Shown: positions 36,005-44,738 of the stretch, piece by piece | How the letters are laid out: each line of letters starts with the position of its first letter | Numbering within the stretch: the stretch's first letter is position 1 | Program-made: the position numbers and the translations under genes | The notes under the pieces: model-generated | The model's database searches: none | Seen by the model: only the letters and a program-made list of their open reading frames with translations | What the model was told of the DNA's origin: nothing | Assembly: GCA_946627565.1 (NCBI GenBank) | Contig: CAMOVR010000002.1 | Span: forward strand, 16,854-80,853 | DNA: 64,000 nt | Origin: an uncultured Clostridia bacterium | GTDB lineage: Bacteria > Bacillota > Clostridia > Christensenellales > Aristaeellaceae | Direction of reading: 5' to 3'

Positions 36005-36177
36005 TGGGGAAGGGCGCTGCGCCCCTCTGTCTGCAGGGCTGACAGAAACAGCCTTACATGGACCGCCTGTCCCGGCCGAAAGCCGAGGGCTGTCCTTTGT
36101 ATGCCTGTAAAGCATCTTTTACGCTGGCGTGGAAGTGTCTGCGGCCTGTCCAGAGTACCTGAATGAGGAGAATGAGC

Positions 36178-36780
36178 ATGAGAACAGATACGATTATTGT
36201 TTCCAGCCGGGGAAACCAGATGGAAGCAGCCCTGAAAGAGGCGGAGAAAGTCGCTGCCTACAAAGGGCTCAGCGCAAAAAACGCCCTGCACCTGCGGCTG
36301 CTGACCGAGGAAATGATGGGCATGATGCGTTCCATCACCGGAGAGAATACAGGTGAATTCTGGATCGAGGACAAGGACAACGAATTCCGCCTGCATCTTA
36401 CGGTTGTCACCCGTATGGACAGCGCCAAGCGGGATCAGCTTCTTGCAGCATCCACTAGCGGCCGGAATGAATCTGCCAAAACCTTCATGGGTATGATCCG
36501 GGACTTCTTTGACCGCGGCGCCGATGAAGATGTGGCAAGTTATGCCAGCCCCCTGATGATGTCGGGCATGTATGAGTATTCTTCCAGTCCTACCCTGGAT
36601 CTGGAATGGTCCATGATGCGCTACCAGACTGCCCTTTCCACCAACATGGAGGGGGACACCAAAGCCAGGGATGCCTGGGACGAACTGGAAAAGTCCGTTG
36701 TGGCCCATGTGGCGGACGACGTAAAAGTCTATATCCGCGGCAGAGAGGTCGAACTGGTGATCGTGAAGAAGTGCGAATGA
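36178..36780 (+). CDS. hypothetical protein (200 aa, no family recognised)
   Basis: Balanced composition, in contrast to the His/Gly/Arg-rich antisense ORF. GAGGAG lies 7 nt upstream of the ATG at 36178; alternative ATGs are at 36163 and 36172. Confidence 0.6.
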   Translation: MRTDTIIVSSRGNQMEAALKEAEKVAAYKGLSAKNALHLRLLTEEMMGMMRSITGENTGEFWIEDKDNEFRLHLTVVTRMDSAKRDQLLAASTSGRNESAKTFMGMIRDFFDRGADEDVASYASPLMMSGMYEYSSSPTLDLEWSMMRYQTALSTNMEGDTKARDAWDELEKSVVAHVADDVKVYIRGREVELVIVKKCE

Positions 36781-36806
36781 CATAATCAGGCGGCATGTTG
36801 CCGTGC

Positions 36807-36849
36807 AAAAAAATGGCCGAAGAGGCATTTGCCTGATCCGCCATTTTTT
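36807..36849. terminator. bidirectional intrinsic terminator (hypothetical gene / kptA)
   Basis: aaaaaaatggccgaagaggc-attt-gcctgatccgccatttttt. The stem is imperfect, with A7/T6 flanks. Confidence 0.6.
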
Positions 36850-36858
36850 ATGTGCAGG

Positions 36859-37407
36859 TTACAGCTTTGTAAGGTACTGCAGGGGTACCCGCTTTGTGAG
36901 CCATACGCCGTTTTCCGAGAGGAAGAAGGTACAGCCGTCCCGGACCATCCCCGCAGCATCCACCTGGAATACCACCGGTGTCCCGTGACGCCTCCCCACA
37001 TCCTCGGCGGTCTGCGTATCCCGGGAGAGATGCACATACAGTCTGGTTTTGGGGATAAGGCCTTCCCTGAGGATGGAAGGCACATACTTTTCACCTGTGC
37101 CATGGTAGAGAATCCCGGGAGGAACGGCCTGTTTCAGTTCCACGTCCACGGGAATGGAATGCCCCTGTCTGGCACGGATCCTGGTGTGATCGTCGCTGAA
37201 AGCATAACGCTGCTTGCTGTCGGTGCGCACAATCTCCTCCAGTATGTCCCGGTCAAGAACCGGCGGATTCCCGGGATGCGCTTTGTTTATGCCGTTAATC
37301 AGTTCCTCTGTATCCGCCCATCCGTGTTCATCCAGGGTTATCCCAATGGCTTCCGGTTTGTGCCGGAGGATCAGGGCGATAAACCGGCTCACATCTGTCT
37401 GTGTCAT
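36859..37407 (-). CDS. kptA: RNA 2'-phosphotransferase (Tpt1/KptA family)
   Basis: 182 aa. SRFIALILRHKPEAIGITLDEHGWADTEELI.., ..IRARQGHSIPV.., ..LYHGT.. and ..VHLS.. are the conserved R-H-R-R family segments. Confidence 0.9.
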   Translation of the reverse strand: MTQTDVSRFIALILRHKPEAIGITLDEHGWADTEELINGINKAHPGNPPVLDRDILEEIVRTDSKQRYAFSDDHTRIRARQGHSIPVDVELKQAVPPGILYHGTGEKYVPSILREGLIPKTRLYVHLSRDTQTAEDVGRRHGTPVVFQVDAAGMVRDGCTFFLSENGVWLTKRVPLQYLTKL

Positions 37408-37507
37408 GTTCTCACCGCCTTTTTCTGAGAGTATGCCATGCCCGGATCATACAGCAAAAGGGGAGGCAGAACAAGGCAGAACAGGGCCCGCCTTACAGAT
37501 TTGCATC

Positions 37508-37538
37508 ATAAAAATGCGCCGTCACCGGCGCATTTTAG
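37508..37538 (-). terminator. intrinsic terminator after the ATP-grasp gene
   Basis: On the minus strand: aaaatgcgccg-gtga-cggcgcattttta, 13 nt after the stop at 37551. Confidence 0.7.
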
Positions 37539-37550
37539 ATTGGGCATGTT

Positions 37551-38744
37551 TCAGTCGGCAAAGGTCAGGGCGTCGTTATAGAAGGCGTTGAGGCCATCTT
37601 CATCCGGGAACACGGCGATATACACCTGGTTGCCCATGGCATCGGACAGAGCGTCGGGCATACGGACCTGCATCTTCATATGGTCAGCGTACTTCCGGGA
37701 GAGCTCCTCTCCGGAGATGACGTAGCGGCGGTTGTCGCGGCGGCCTACGAACACGCAGTACTGATGATCCCCGCATCCCTTGAGGGTGCTGTCATATGCA
37801 ATCATGTCCGCGTAAATCTTGTAGACATCCGTGGAATTGGCGAAATTCATCATGTCGGGGGCAAAGCCGCCGCAGGGACGCATGTTGACTTCCAGGGCCA
37901 CGATCTGGCCTTTCTTTCCGATATGCTGGTCCGCGGTGAGACGGAAGAATTCGAAATGGACAAAGCGGCTGTGGACACCGAAGGCCTTCGCGGCGGCCCT
38001 GCCTGCGGCGCGGACATCGTCCTGAAGGTGCTTCATGATATGGAAGACAGCGTTGTCCTCATTGTTGACAATGTCCATGATGGCGATGGGGGTGATGTTG
38101 CCCGTCTCAAAAACGGGATTGGACTGGCTGTCCAGGATGGCATCGTAGGAATGAATTTCACCCTGGATGAACTCTTCCATGATGACGGGGACAGACGGGT
38201 CACGCTCAGCCAGATATGCCTGCAGTTCCTGTTCATTGTCCAGCTTATAGGTATGGCTGGCACCAACGCCGTTGTCCGGCTTGACGATGACCGGGAAACC
38301 CACCTGGGCAATGAACTGCATGCAGCCGTCATAGCTGTCCACCAGATGATAGCGCGCCACCGGAATGCCGGCCTTCTCATAGCAGGCTTTCATCTTGCTC
38401 TTGTACTTGACTTTGGGCATGTCCTCTGTCTGCCAGCCGCTGGTGATATGGAAATCCGTGCGCAGCCGGGCATCCTGTTCCAGCCAGTATTCGTTGTTGC
38501 TCTCCAGCCAGCTGATGGGACCGTAGCGGAAGCAGAAATAGGCCACGGCGCGGTAGACTTCCTCATAGTTTTCCAGGGTGTCCACCTTATAGTATTCCGT
38601 CAGGCTGTCTTTCAGTTCCTGTACGAGCTGGTCATAGGGCTGGTCCCCGATTCCCAGGACCCGCATGCCGTTGTTCTTCAGCTCACGGCAGAAGCGGGAA
38701 AAGTGGGTGGGAAAGTTGGGAGAGATAAAGACAAAGTTTTTCAT
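37551..38744 (-). CDS. ATP-grasp-fold carboxylate-amine/thiol ligase-like protein
   Basis: About 397 aa with a pre-ATP-grasp N-domain and a nucleotide-binding segment GFPVIVKPDNGVGASHTYKL..EEFIQGEIHSYD. GGAGT lies 6 nt upstream of the ATG at 38744 (alternative 38750). Confidence 0.8.
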   Translation of the reverse strand: MKNFVFISPNFPTHFSRFCRELKNNGMRVLGIGDQPYDQLVQELKDSLTEYYKVDTLENYEEVYRAVAYFCFRYGPISWLESNNEYWLEQDARLRTDFHITSGWQTEDMPKVKYKSKMKACYEKAGIPVARYHLVDSYDGCMQFIAQVGFPVIVKPDNGVGASHTYKLDNEQELQAYLAERDPSVPVIMEEFIQGEIHSYDAILDSQSNPVFETGNITPIAIMDIVNNEDNAVFHIMKHLQDDVRAAGRAAAKAFGVHSRFVHFEFFRLTADQHIGKKGQIVALEVNMRPCGGFAPDMMNFANSTDVYKIYADMIAYDSTLKGCGDHQYCVFVGRRDNRRYVISGEELSRKYADHMKMQVRMPDALSDAMGNQVYIAVFPDEDGLNAFYNDALTFAD

Positions 38745-38783
38745 ATGCATACTCCAATCCGAAATCGGTTTTGACGCATCCTG

Positions 38784-39560
38784 TCAGTAGAGAAGGTGCG
38801 GCACGTGATAGTCCACCTGGCGGTACCACCAGTCCCAGTCGTGGGCGGAATCAGAACCCCATATGTCCACCCAGAGTCCCAGGTTTTTCTCCTCGGAAAG
38901 CTCCTTGAGGCGGAAAGTGCTCTCCGGCATTTCCCAGGGGCCGGTGCCCACCACAATGATTCCCCGGCCGTTGCGGTAGCGCTCCGCATAAGGATGGGAA
39001 GGATCCATGCCGCCCAGGAAATCCACGGGGGAATTCAGGTACACCTGCTCGTTCATGAAGGAGCCGAAGCCGTAGGATGCCGTGTAGATGCCGCTTAAGG
39101 CCAGAAGACCGTCAAACAGGTCAGGCCTGCGGAGGAAAAGATTGGTGGCATGGAGTGCCCCCAGGGAGCAGCCAAAGGCGATGATCCCCGGATAACCGTC
39201 CCAGCCGTTGAGGCGGTTGACATCCGAGCGGATGAAGGGTGCCAGTTCATCGGTCAGGAAGCGGAACCAGGATTCGTGCCGGTTGATGCGCCATACAGGA
39301 TCGCCTTCGGTATCGCTCCAGGTCTCCTGGTCGATGACATCCGTGGAATAGACAACACAGTCGCCGCTGTCGATGAACCGCTGCCAGGCATCGGTCATGT
39401 GGAAGTTTTCAAAATCGAAAAAGCGGCCGTTCTGGCAGGGAATGAAGAGCACGGGGCGGCCGGCATGGCCGTAGCGCTTGACTTCCATGTTCCGGCCAAG
39501 GGAGGGAGAGTATTCATTCCAGTATTGTGTCTGCAAATTCGTTCCTCCTCTGTTTCTCAT
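38784..39560 (-). CDS. esterase-family alpha/beta hydrolase ('putative esterase', Fes/IroE/esterase-D type)
   Basis: 258 aa. Nucleophile elbow FGCSLGA and a C-terminal ..DSAHDW.. His region. ATGA overlap with the upstream esterase gene. A TTG at 39536 after AGGAGGA is an alternative start. Confidence 0.75.
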   Translation of the reverse strand: MRNRGGTNLQTQYWNEYSPSLGRNMEVKRYGHAGRPVLFIPCQNGRFFDFENFHMTDAWQRFIDSGDCVVYSTDVIDQETWSDTEGDPVWRINRHESWFRFLTDELAPFIRSDVNRLNGWDGYPGIIAFGCSLGALHATNLFLRRPDLFDGLLALSGIYTASYGFGSFMNEQVYLNSPVDFLGGMDPSHPYAERYRNGRGIIVVGTGPWEMPESTFRLKELSEEKNLGLWVDIWGSDSAHDWDWWYRQVDYHVPHLLY

Positions 39561-40345
39561 GCATCATGGGAAAAGCCGTCGTAGGACAGGGTTTCCATGA
39601 AAAAGGGAATCTGCTGTTCCCAGCAGGCTTCACAGTGTTCCCCTCCGGGAACAATGCGGAAATTCAGGCATGCACCGGCCCTGAGCAGTTCTGCAGCCGT
39701 CCTGCCGAGCCCCTCCAGCATGTCGGGGTTCCGCCCCATCTCCTTCTCTCCGTAATCCATGTACAGGACAGTACCGTTAAGATAAGGGCTTTCCCGGATC
39801 ATCTTCTGGATCCGGTCAAAGGATGTCCACAGAGAGGGCGAGAGGGCTGCTCCCCGTGAAAACGTATCCCCGTAGGCACACAGGGCATACAGTGTCATGA
39901 GGCCGCCCATGGAAGAGCCGGCAATAAAGGTGGTTTCCCGCCCGGGCAGTGTGGGGTAGGATGCGTCAATATGGGGTTTGAGGGTATGGACAAACCATTC
40001 CATGGTTTTTCTGCCCTTGCCCTCAATGTGCCCGAGCCCGGGATCGTCAAAGGAAAACGGAGCATACTCCCGGAGTCTTCCGTGGTTCTTGCTGTGGTTG
40101 CAGTCCACTGCCACCACCATCAGGGGGGTGCGGGAGGATTCCAGATATTCCTTCATGCCCCAGGATTTTCCGTAGGTGGCATCGCTGTCAAAGAACACAT
40201 TGTGTCCGTCAAACATATAAAGGACAGGAAAACCGGGCATTTCATCCGAAAGCATTTCATCCGCATGATCCGGAACATAGACGTATACCCTGCGTTTCCT
40301 TCTGGAATCCGGCAGCGGATGGGGAAGGCTGAAAATATCAATCAT
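39557..40345 (-). CDS. esterase-family alpha/beta hydrolase (second copy, diverged)
   Basis: ATG at 40345 after AAAGGAG (MIDIFSLPHPLPDSRRKRRVYVYVPD..). PVLYMFDGHN, nucleophile elbow IAGSSMGG and the C-terminal GGEHCEACW are present. Confidence 0.8.
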   Translation of the reverse strand: MIDIFSLPHPLPDSRRKRRVYVYVPDHADEMLSDEMPGFPVLYMFDGHNVFFDSDATYGKSWGMKEYLESSRTPLMVVAVDCNHSKNHGRLREYAPFSFDDPGLGHIEGKGRKTMEWFVHTLKPHIDASYPTLPGRETTFIAGSSMGGLMTLYALCAYGDTFSRGAALSPSLWTSFDRIQKMIRESPYLNGTVLYMDYGEKEMGRNPDMLEGLGRTAAELLRAGACLNFRIVPGGEHCEACWEQQIPFFMETLSYDGFSHDA

Positions 40346-40503
40346 GGGTGGTGCTCCTTTCTGCCGGTGCCCAGGCAGCACCTGCAGTATCATATCATAA
40401 AAAAGCAGCCGGAAAAGGCATGCGGGAAGGGGAAAATCATAAAAAGCGCAAAAAAGACAAAGCATCAGGCCCTTCAGGACGCCTGCAGCGGGTTTCGGAC
40501 CTG

Positions 40504-40536
40504 AAGGGAGCCCCATGCAAGGCACGGGGCTCCCTT
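40504..40536 (-). terminator. possible terminator after the GH20 gene (no clear U-tract)
   Basis: Hairpin aagggagcccc / ggggctccctt, 11 bp with an 11-nt loop, 50 nt downstream of the GH20 stop. Confidence 0.35.
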
Positions 40537-40588
40537 ATGCGCTTAACGTATCATCAGAAAAGAATATGTTAAGTCAGGCCGGTCCTGC

Positions 40589-42400
40589 TCAGTGCATCTG
40601 GGCGCCGGCACTGGTGACAGAGCTGAAGAAGAAACGGTTGGCACCCTTGGGCAGGGGTGCTTCTTCCAGTTCCGGAATGCTGTCCGTGTCGCCGTCCACG
40701 TAGGAGGAGATGGTCATGGCCACATCCTCCAGCCTGCCTGAGACGGCACCGTAGCGGCAGGCCAGCATTTCCCAGCCCTGGGGCTTGTAGTCCCGGAGCC
40801 AGAGCCGGCGGTGGGCCAGCATGAGGGCGTGCATTTCCTCCTCAAGGGCAGGTATGTGTTCGGTGACAAAGCAGGACATGGCCTCCCTGCAGCCGTCTTT
40901 TCGGGTCTTTTCATAGGTCTCCCTGAGACGGGCGAGCAGCCGGGCCTTTTCACAGGCCACCGTAAAGACAAGGGAAAGATAGTCTGTTTCCGCGCCTTCC
41001 GGGAAGGATTCCATGGCCTTCAGGGCATTTGACAGGCGGTCCGCAAAATCGTCCATGGAGATATCGTCCACGGGCATCAGGGGAAGCAGGGGATCTGACC
41101 AGATCAGACTCTTGCCGCAGCAGGCGGAATCGGGACAGGGATAAAAGGCATCGCAGACCTCAGGATAGTTTTCCGGAAATCCTGTCAGGCACATGCCGGA
41201 CAGGCGCATTTCTTCCTCGGAAACATCCGGCCCCTGCCAGCAGGTTTCGGAAAAATAGGGCAGCTGGAAGTTGGCCAGGTAATGGCTGGTTTCCGCGCCG
41301 TCATCCCCCCACTGCGTGGCAATGACGGTCTCCACCCGGTGCCTTGAGGCGGCCTTGAGACCGGGAATCATGGTTTCCCGGGTCTTTCTGGTCTCAGGGA
41401 CAAAGCCGGCCCAGGTCCAGATGCCGCCGGCAAAGGCCGTGGTTTGTCCCATGCGGGCGTGTTCTTTCATCATGGCGTCATAGAAGGCTTCATCCCGGTG
41501 ATAGTAATCCCAGTAGACCATGTCGCAGTCCGGCAGGGCGGAGATGACCGATTCGGGCATATGGGCATCCATGTCATAGTAGGCGTTGTTTTTGGAACCC
41601 AGACGGAAGAACATGTCCGACCACATCATGGGATGGAAGCCGTACTTCCTGCAAAGATCCGTCACCCGCTTTAAGTGGCGGGAGAGCAGTTCAAAGCGGT
41701 CCACAAATCCGTGCAGATTGAGATAGCGCCCCAGGCCCACGTCCATGGCTTCGTCCATGCCGATGTGAATGCGGCCGGAGGAGAAGCAGGAACGCAGGGA
41801 ACGCAGCATGGCTTCAATCAGCGCATAGGTCTCTTCCGAATCAATCAGAAGAATGTCCCCCTGGTCCCGCAGGGAGCTGTTCTGGCCCCATCTGAGGAAG
41901 GTGCGCAGGTGGGCCAGGGTCTGTACGCAGGGAATGAGTTCAATACCCCACTGCTGAGCGTATGCATCGATCTGGCGCAGTTCATCCTGGGAATAGCGTC
42001 CCCGGAGGGCACCGAAGAGCGGATATTCGGGAATCTCATAGGTGTCTTCCGTATAGAGCATGAGCATGTTCATGCCAAGGGCCGCCAGATGGTCCATGTA
42101 ACGTTTCACGGACTCCACCCGCATGACGGCATTCCTGGACATATCCAGCATGGGGCCCACGGACCTGAAATGCCGGGTTTCATGCACGTTAAGCACAGTA
42201 TTTTCCTTCATGGCCCTGGTGATGCGGAAGAAGCCGCGGGCGATGGCGGTGGGTTCATCCGCCGTGATGCAGGCGGTATCCGGTTTGGCGGGATCAAAGT
42301 CAATATGCAGTCCCTCCCCGGACTTTACCAGGACGGGAAAGGGAAGGCTGACCCCGGTGACAGCTGCCACACGGGAACGGATGGTTTCTGTATCAAGCAT
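40589..42400 (-). CDS. GH20-family beta-N-acetylhexosaminidase-like glycoside hydrolase
   Basis: ATG at 42400 after GGAGTG; the ORF track's TTG at 42427 is the alternative. TIM-barrel start RSVGPMLDMSRNAV and LAALGMNMLMLYTEDTYEIP.. are present. HIGMDEA is the catalytic D-E pair context of GH20. Confidence 0.8.
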   Translation of the reverse strand: MLDTETIRSRVAAVTGVSLPFPVLVKSGEGLHIDFDPAKPDTACITADEPTAIARGFFRITRAMKENTVLNVHETRHFRSVGPMLDMSRNAVMRVESVKRYMDHLAALGMNMLMLYTEDTYEIPEYPLFGALRGRYSQDELRQIDAYAQQWGIELIPCVQTLAHLRTFLRWGQNSSLRDQGDILLIDSEETYALIEAMLRSLRSCFSSGRIHIGMDEAMDVGLGRYLNLHGFVDRFELLSRHLKRVTDLCRKYGFHPMMWSDMFFRLGSKNNAYYDMDAHMPESVISALPDCDMVYWDYYHRDEAFYDAMMKEHARMGQTTAFAGGIWTWAGFVPETRKTRETMIPGLKAASRHRVETVIATQWGDDGAETSHYLANFQLPYFSETCWQGPDVSEEEMRLSGMCLTGFPENYPEVCDAFYPCPDSACCGKSLIWSDPLLPLMPVDDISMDDFADRLSNALKAMESFPEGAETDYLSLVFTVACEKARLLARLRETYEKTRKDGCREAMSCFVTEHIPALEEEMHALMLAHRRLWLRDYKPQGWEMLACRYGAVSGRLEDVAMTISSYVDGDTDSIPELEEAPLPKGANRFFFSSVTSAGAQMH

Positions 42401-42416
42401 GACACCACACTCCAGT

Positions 42417-43838
42417 TCAGTCGTCAAAGGGAAGAGAGCAGAAATCCGCCATGGTCTTTACCAGGTCATGGGCGTGGCGCATGGTGTCGCTTTCCGCAAA
42501 GATCCGGACCCTGGGCTCCGTACCGGAGAAGCGGATGATGATCCAGCCATCTTCAAAGTAGACCTTGCAGCCGTCCATATAGCTGATGCGCTCCACCTTC
42601 CGGCCAAAGTCCGGGATCTCCCGGCGCACCATGATGGTATCATGAATGGCGCTGCGGCTTTCTTCCGTCAGGGCCCAGTCATATTCCGCCATGTGCATCT
42701 CGCCGTAGGTGTCATAGATTTCCTGAATCAGGGAGGAGAGGGGGCGGCCGGTGACGGAGATCATTTCCACCAGCTGGGAGGCAGCGTAGAGACCGTCCTT
42801 GCCGGAGATATGGCCCCGCACGGTAAGACCGCCGGAGGATTCGCCGCCGATGAGGGCGTCGTGTTCCTCCATGCCGGAGGAGATGTATTTGAAACCGACG
42901 GGCACTTCAATGCATTCCTGACCGAAGGCAGCGGCCACCCGGTCAAGAAGATGGGTGGTGGCGATATTGCGCACCGCTGCGCCGCGCCACCCCTTGTACT
43001 TGAGCAGATAGTAGTACAGCAGGACCAGGATCAGGTTGGCGGAGACATACTGTCCCTTTTCATCGATGATGCCAAGACGGTCTGCATCGCCGTCGGTGGC
43101 GATGCCCAGGTCCGCATGATGGTCCCGTACAGCCACCTGCAGGTCCAGCAGGGTCTCCGGGTTCGGCGCCGGCAGATGGCCGCCAAAGAAGGCATCATGC
43201 CGGTCATTGATCACGTCGATGTCGCACCGGGCCGTATACAGGATGGTCTGCAGCCCCGACAGACTGACGCCGAACATGGGGTCCAGCACGACCCTGGGAC
43301 GGCGTGCCCGGATGGAGGCGATGTCGATCTGGTTCATGATGGAATCAAGATAGGCATCCCTTGGATCAATCAGGCGGATGGTGCCGTTTCTGACAGCTCC
43401 GTCAAAGGAGACGGAGGTGATCTCTTCTTCCGAAAGGGCGTTGCATTCTTTCTGGATTTCGTCGGTGATGTCCTGGGTGGCATCCCTGCCGCCGAAGGTG
43501 AAGAGCTTGATGCCGTTGTAGATGGCCGGATTGTGGCTGGCGGTGATCATGGCCCCGTAGTGCAGGCCCATGTTCCGCACGGTGAACATGATCAGGGGGG
43601 TGGGGCAGAACAGGTTCACAAAATAGGTTCGGATGCCCTCTGCTGCCAGGACCTCAGAAAACCATATGGCGCTCTCCCTGGAGAGAAAGCGGCGGTCATA
43701 GCCGATGCACAGCCCGGTTTCTGCAATCCCTTCCCGCTTCATTCTCCTTGCAACAGCACAGGCCACACGGCGGATATTGGAACGGGTGAACTCATCTCCT
43801 ATGATGGCGCGCCACCCGCCTGTTCCGAAATGAATCAT
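42417..43838 (-). CDS. phosphohexomutase (phosphoglucomutase/phosphomannomutase family)
   Basis: 473 aa. FGTGGWRA.., active-site loop ITASHNPAIYNGIK (phospho-Ser), metal loop ATDGDADRLG, and sugar loop GGESSGG. Confidence 0.92.
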   Translation of the reverse strand: MIHFGTGGWRAIIGDEFTRSNIRRVACAVARRMKREGIAETGLCIGYDRRFLSRESAIWFSEVLAAEGIRTYFVNLFCPTPLIMFTVRNMGLHYGAMITASHNPAIYNGIKLFTFGGRDATQDITDEIQKECNALSEEEITSVSFDGAVRNGTIRLIDPRDAYLDSIMNQIDIASIRARRPRVVLDPMFGVSLSGLQTILYTARCDIDVINDRHDAFFGGHLPAPNPETLLDLQVAVRDHHADLGIATDGDADRLGIIDEKGQYVSANLILVLLYYYLLKYKGWRGAAVRNIATTHLLDRVAAAFGQECIEVPVGFKYISSGMEEHDALIGGESSGGLTVRGHISGKDGLYAASQLVEMISVTGRPLSSLIQEIYDTYGEMHMAEYDWALTEESRSAIHDTIMVRREIPDFGRKVERISYMDGCKVYFEDGWIIIRFSGTEPRVRIFAESDTMRHAHDLVKTMADFCSLPFDD

Positions 43839-43913
43839 GGCGTCTCCTCCTTATGGATTCAATCTGTGCGATATGATACGCTTTCGTCCCGCAAAAGACA
43901 ACACAGCTTTGCA

Positions 43914-43944
43914 TAAAAAAGCCCTGCCCGTTTTGGCGGGCAGG
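43914..43944 (-). terminator. intrinsic terminator after the cyclophilin gene
   Basis: On the minus strand: cctgcccg-ccaaaa-cgggcagg followed by GCTTTTTTAT. Confidence 0.7.
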
Positions 43945-43953
43945 ACAGAGCTA

Positions 43954-44562
43954 TTATTCCAGGACGCGTATGGCTGTAATGACAGGCTGGTTTTCCCGGG
44001 CCACAGACCCGTTATTATCCGTTACCGGTGTTTCCTCGCAGATCCGGTCCACAATATCCATGCCGTCTGTGACGCAGCCGAAAGCGGCATAGGAACCGTC
44101 CAGATGGGGTGCGTCCGCGTGCATGATGAAGAACTGGGAGGAAGCGCTGTCATACTGCTTTGAGCGGGCCATGGACAGGACGCCCCGGGTATGCTTCAGG
44201 CTGTTTTCAAAGCCGTTTGCGGAAAATTCCCCCCGGATGGTTTCAGAGCTTCCGCCGGTGCCGTTCCCGTTGGGATCACCGCCCTGGATCATGAATCCGG
44301 ATATGACCCGGTGGAAAGTCAGGCCGTCATAAAAGGAGGAACGGGCAAGCTTAACGAAGTTTGTGACGGTGACGGGGGCTGTGTCCGCGTAGAGCTCAGC
44401 GGAAATGGTGCCGTAATCCTTCACGTCAATCTCAATGTGCCATGTGCCGGTAAGGAGATCGGGATCGGGTACCGGGGTGGAAGACGGGGCAGGCGCAGGT
44501 GCGGCGCAGGAGGAAAGGGCCAGAGCAGATGTCAGAAGAAAAAAGATGAGCAGGCGTTTCAT
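43954..44562 (-). CDS. cyclophilin-type peptidyl-prolyl cis-trans isomerase, lipoprotein
   Basis: ATG at 44562 after GGAGG. Lipobox LALSSC. Cyclophilin core FHRVISGFMIQGGDP..GTGG..SMARS..DSASSQFFI. Confidence 0.9.
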   Translation of the reverse strand: MKRLLIFFLLTSALALSSCAAPAPAPSSTPVPDPDLLTGTWHIEIDVKDYGTISAELYADTAPVTVTNFVKLARSSFYDGLTFHRVISGFMIQGGDPNGNGTGGSSETIRGEFSANGFENSLKHTRGVLSMARSKQYDSASSQFFIMHADAPHLDGSYAAFGCVTDGMDIVDRICEETPVTDNNGSVARENQPVITAIRVLE

Positions 44563-44592
44563 AGAGAACCTCCATATGGAAAATAAAAAAAC

Positions 44593-44621
44593 AGTATACC
44601 GTACTGTAAACCGGCCGTGAA
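44593..44621 (-). promoter_or_regulatory. possible promoter for the cyclophilin gene
   Basis: On the minus strand: TTCACG - 17 nt - TATACT. Confidence 0.35.
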
Positions 44622-44664
44622 TTCCCGGCCGGAGCAGGTGAGATTGTACATCATGGCTGCCGGA

Positions 44665-44693
44665 TTGTCCAAAGGCAGGGGATGCGGTATACT
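44665..44693 (+). promoter_or_regulatory. sigma-A-type promoter for the nine-gene plus-strand operon
   Basis: TTGTCC - 17 nt - TATACT, about 45 nt upstream of the ATG at 44739. Confidence 0.45.
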
Positions 44694-44738
44694 GCCCCTG
44701 ATACATGGACAGGAAGGACAGCAGAAAAGGAGACAGTC

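Noticed and set aside
36005-36177. GC-rich hairpin (gggcgctgcgccc) just after the STAS stop, considered as a terminator
   Set aside because: The stem is short (about 5 bp) and there is no following T-tract, so it cannot be told apart from chance structure in GC-rich DNA.
42123-43916. 597-aa plus-strand ORF
   Set aside because: It is antisense to the phosphohexomutase gene, whose active-site loops are all present, and it has no motifs of its own.
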